Shown one piece after another: positions 45,730 through 48,830 of a DNA stretch of 48,830 nt. The stretch spans positions 1 through 48,830 of IMG/VR virus record IMGVR_UViG_3300038318_000308, one strand, 5' to 3'. The position numbers and the translations under genes were made by a program. The notes below the pieces were generated by a model, which saw nothing but the letters and a program-made list of their open reading frames with translations, was not told the origin of the DNA and made no database searches. Position 1 is the stretch's first letter. The number at the start of each line of letters is the position of its first letter. The DNA is from a virus (Duplodnaviria; Caudoviricetes).

Positions 45730-46479
45730 ATGAAGACTATAATAAAAAATTTTGAAGCAAAACATAGAAATGGACAACATTTTACTTTTACCGTCTATTT
45801 TGAAGAAGAAGGGGAAAGTATAACTTTTTTTGATAGAGAAAATAACCAAAGTGAAAAAATAGAAACTATAACAACAATAGGAGAACAGTTTATATATGAT
45901 TTTAGGGAAGCTTTAACCGGTTTTAATCTCATGCAATTTTTATATGACTTAGAACCCGGTAAAACCATTAAAATTTGTGATATTGAATTTAAAAACCTTG
46001 AGGAAGTGGAAAACATGGAGATAGAAAAAGAATTTTTAATAATTGATGAAGAAGGGAAAGAGGAAATTATAACAGTTAGATATAAAAATGGAGAAAAAAT
46101 AAAACTATTTAGATACTTAAATATGGATTATATAAATAAAGTTGTAAATAATCCTAAAACTGAAGAATATGACAGTTTAGAAGAAGGAGAAAAAATAGAA
46201 ACAGATAATAATTTAATTGAATGTTTTGTAGTCCGTGAAGTAGATAGTGAAAAGTGTAATGGTTGGAAAAATTGGAGTACTTGGGAATTTGCATTAGAAT
46301 TAGACAGTTTAGAAGAAAACCAACAATACATAATGGAAAATAAGGAGGAGATTTTAAAAAATTGGGGTATTGAAACCGTAGACAGAATATATAGGGACTG
46401 TCTATTTAGGGAAGCAATAAACACCGATAATATAGACCTTGAACGGATAAAAGAATTTATAAAAGATTTTAATTTTTAA
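45730..46479 (+). CDS. Acidic hypothetical protein (early-type)
   Basis: 249 aa, E/K/I-rich, with RBS; C-terminal NGWKNWSTW recalls an NGWxNxxTW motif of small phage proteins. Confidence 0.75.
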   Translation: MKTIIKNFEAKHRNGQHFTFTVYFEEEGESITFFDRENNQSEKIETITTIGEQFIYDFREALTGFNLMQFLYDLEPGKTIKICDIEFKNLEEVENMEIEKEFLIIDEEGKEEIITVRYKNGEKIKLFRYLNMDYINKVVNNPKTEEYDSLEEGEKIETDNNLIECFVVREVDSEKCNGWKNWSTWEFALELDSLEENQQYIMENKEEILKNWGIETVDRIYRDCLFREAINTDNIDLERIKEFIKDFNF

Positions 46480-46522
46480 ATCTTTTTTTTGGAGGTATAA
46501 AAATTTAGGGGGTGTTTAAAAC

Positions 46523-46612
46523 ATGTTAAATTTTATAAATTATTTGATTTATATTTTTTTTGAATGTGAAAAAATAGAAAACAAAAGATATTTAGAAAAA
46601 TGGGAAGATTAA
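46523..46612 (+). CDS. 29-aa small ORF
   Basis: MLNFINYLIYIFFECEKIENKRYLEKWED*, preceded by GGGGGTG RBS; below the ORF-track cutoff. Confidence 0.4.
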   Translation: MLNFINYLIYIFFECEKIENKRYLEKWED

Positions 46613-46625
46613 AGAGGTTTTTAAC

Positions 46626-46787
46626 ATGGATATAAAAACAAAAAACAATAAAGTACTTATTGAAATACATTTAAAGGAATTTAATATAATAGATAGAGTA
46701 GAAGCAAAAATATATATTGGTAGTCCTGAAGACTTTGTAGAGTCTGGGGAGTGGGTAAAATATAGTATTATAAAAGAAGGCGTTTAA
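46626..46787 (+). CDS. 53-aa small ORF
   Basis: MDIKTKNNKVLIEIHLKEFNIIDRVEAKIYIGSPEDFVESGEWVKYSIIKEGV*, GAGGT RBS; abuts the next gene. Confidence 0.6.
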   Translation: MDIKTKNNKVLIEIHLKEFNIIDRVEAKIYIGSPEDFVESGEWVKYSIIKEGV

Positions 46788-46788
46788 T

Positions 46789-47025
46789 ATGGAAAGAAGA
46801 ATAACAAAGAAAGATATAAAAGACAAAGGAGTATATTTATTAAATATTACACATACAATAAAAATAAAATTTAATGATCCTTTTTTAATAAAGGAAAAAA
46901 TATTTAATAATGTTTTTAGAGTAAAATATAATAAATATTGTGATGAATATTATTTATATATAGGTACAACCTACGTAGAATATATAGAAGGAGAAAATAT
47001 AAAATCAATATGGGAAGTATTTTAA
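46789..47025 (+). CDS. Hypothetical protein (78 aa)
   Basis: Starts 1 nt after the previous stop; same purine-rich codon style. Confidence 0.65.
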   Translation: MERRITKKDIKDKGVYLLNITHTIKIKFNDPFLIKEKIFNNVFRVKYNKYCDEYYLYIGTTYVEYIEGENIKSIWEVF

Positions 47026-47094
47026 ATGTTGATACATAGTCTGCAGTACAACATTTAAACATGGAAATAAAATTTAGTTTTAGGAGGTTATAAT

Positions 47095-47319
47095 ATGATA
47101 AGTAAAAAAATAAAAATATATGAAGTTGGCTTAGACGCCATAAGTACACAATTGGCCAATATGTGTCATATAGATATAGATTTTTCTAAATCTATATTAT
47201 TAGAATTTTTTACTTTAGGGGGTTGTCTGACCCTCGACGAGTATATATACTGTCTTGAGATTGACAATATAGCAAATACTTTTAAATTAAATTTAGATGT
47301 GTTAAATAGTTATGATTAA
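47095..47319 (+). CDS. Hypothetical protein (74 aa)
   Basis: GGAGGT RBS; followed by a T-run. Confidence 0.6.
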   Translation: MISKKIKIYEVGLDAISTQLANMCHIDIDFSKSILLEFFTLGGCLTLDEYIYCLEIDNIANTFKLNLDVLNSYD

Positions 47320-47352
47320 CTATTTAATACTTTTTTTTTAAAAAAATTAATT

Positions 47353-48425
47353 GTTCGTAAATGTACGAACAGTTTTTAGATCTTTTTTTTGTTCGTATAA
47401 GAACGAATTGTTCGTATAGAGACGAACTTTTTTTAGATCTTTTTTTTATTCGTATAAGAACGAACAGTTTGGTAAGAATAAAACTGTTTTAAGAAGAACG
47501 AAGAATTAGTAAGAGTACGAACAGTTTGATACTATAAGAACTATTTTAGAGGTCACGAATGTTCGTATAAGAACGAACAGTTTTTAACACTACGAATTGT
47601 TCGTATACCATAAAACTGTTTTTAGAGGAACGAACTGTTTGTAAGAGTACGAACAATTTAATAGTTGCCGAACTGTTCGTAAAGAGGCGAATTGTTTGTA
47701 TACTAACGAACAGTTAGTTATCTGGCGAATTGTTCGTAAAGAGGCGAACAGTTTTGATACCTACGAATTGTTCGTAAGAAGACGAACTATTAGTTACCTG
47801 CGAAACTGTTCGTATAGAGGCGAACATTTTAAATAAAAATTAGAATGTTTGTTAAAATACGAACTATTTTTTTGCCGAAAAAGTTGTTCGTATAGAGGCG
47901 AACTATTTAAACAAAAATTGAAATGTTCGTATATATAAAAACTAATTTTTGAGATCTTTTTTTTGTTCGTATAGATACGAATTATTAGTATTTTATGAAA
48001 CTGTTCGTATGTGTACGAATTGAGGGATCTTTTTTTTGTTTCATATGTTACGAACTTTGAAACATTTTTTTAAATTGTTTGTATATTTACTAATTGTTTT
48101 ATAAATATAAAATTTTTTAATTTTTTGTTAAATAGTTTGTATATATTAGAACTTTATAATATTTTTTAAGATTGTTCGTATATTTACGAATATTTTAATA
48201 TTTTTTTAAATTATTAGCAGATACACGAATTATAGAATATTTTTTGTAAAAATTCGTATAAATAGAAACAATTAAACTTTTTATTGATTTATTAGTATAT
48301 TGCCGAATTAATTGACTGACCAGTAGTCAGTGAATAGTTGCACCTGTAAACTGTTTGGTTTCAAAACTAACACTTGTTAGTTTGAGGTTTTGCAGATTTA
48401 CTAATTTATTCGTATATATAGAAAC
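47353..48425. repeat. Non-coding tandem array of degenerate 19-bp palindromic units GTTCGT-N6-ACGAAC-N
   Basis: 25 contiguous units from 47353 to 47826 in 19-bp register (one 18-bp unit at 47543), then recognisable units, often about 38-40 bp apart, decaying to about 48425. Confidence 0.9.
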
Positions 48426-48830
48426 AAGTTTTAGGTGAAAAACTTAAAAGCCACAATTACTAAATTGGCATAAATTGGTAGTTTGATGTAGGGCAAAATG
48501 GCACAAAATGGTAAAGTTGGCAATTACGATATTTCAGGTACTTTGCTCTGCAGATTATAGTACTTGCATGGGCAAGTAGTGTTTTGCTTGGTCATTCCTT
48601 GCAGTAAATGAAAAGGTGGTTTTTTTGGATTTTCAGATTTGCCAAATTGTAATACTTTTTTAGTATTTAAGTATTACTTTTTTTTGGCAGTTGCTCGGAT
48701 TTGGCTGTAAATGGCTGAGATTGCTTGTTTTTGTCTGAATCGGCCGGATTGGTGGCCAATCAAATTTTGAGGACTTGTACATTTTTTTTGTAAATTAAAG
48801 CAAAATTATTACCAATTGGCATAAAATTAT

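Larger units (their letters stand above)
1..48830. mobile_element. Part of a myovirus-like archaeal virus or provirus, probable host Methanobacteriales
   Basis: Complete head-neck-contractile-tail module; endolysin with pseudomurein-binding repeats; adhesin-like protein of Methanobacteriales style; TTTATATA TATA boxes and GGTGA/GAGGT ribosome-binding sites; no host housekeeping genes or integrase in the window. Confidence 0.9.

Noticed and set aside
47353-47826. Gram-positive LexA (Cheo) boxes
   Set aside because: The half-sites look similar, but across unit junctions the spacing is CGAAC-N1-GTTCG rather than N4, and the host appears archaeal
47353-48425. CRISPR or mini-CRISPR array
   Set aside because: Variable cores are only 6 nt, units are 19 bp and degenerate, and no cas genes are present; incompatible with 30-40 nt spacers

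Overview
This window is a large part of an AT-rich tailed dsDNA virus (Caudoviricetes, HK97 fold) with a contractile tail. It very probably infects a pseudomurein-walled methanogenic archaeon (Methanobacteriales, Methanosphaera/Methanobrevibacter-like). Bases 1-43.8 kb are one minus-strand late module: terminase large subunit, portal, protease-scaffold, decoration protein, major capsid protein (MCP), neck proteins, sheath, tube, tail chaperone, a 2395-aa tape measure, duplicated baseplate hub proteins ending in transglutaminase-like (PeiW/PeiP-like) peptidase domains, spike, baseplate J and gp25-like proteins, a 3815-aa baseplate/adhesin-like fusion, an Ig-like protein, and a truncated endolysin (pseudomurein-binding repeats plus C39 peptidase) that the ORF track missed. 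Two programmed frameshifts can be read directly from the sequence. A +1 shift at CCC-UGA would append two Ig-like domains to the MCP, and a -1 shift at A-AAA-AAG extends the tail chaperone. Right of 43.9 kb the genes switch to the plus strand: a possible catalytically dead ligase-like protein, a double-HTH gene laced with 15 TGAGAC motifs, a regulatory patch, small purine-rich early-type ORFs, and a ~1 kb non-coding array of 19-bp palindromic units (GTTCGT-N6-ACGAAC-N). GATC appears absent left of 45.5 kb. All family assignments come from motif recognition and gene order by eye, not from database searches.
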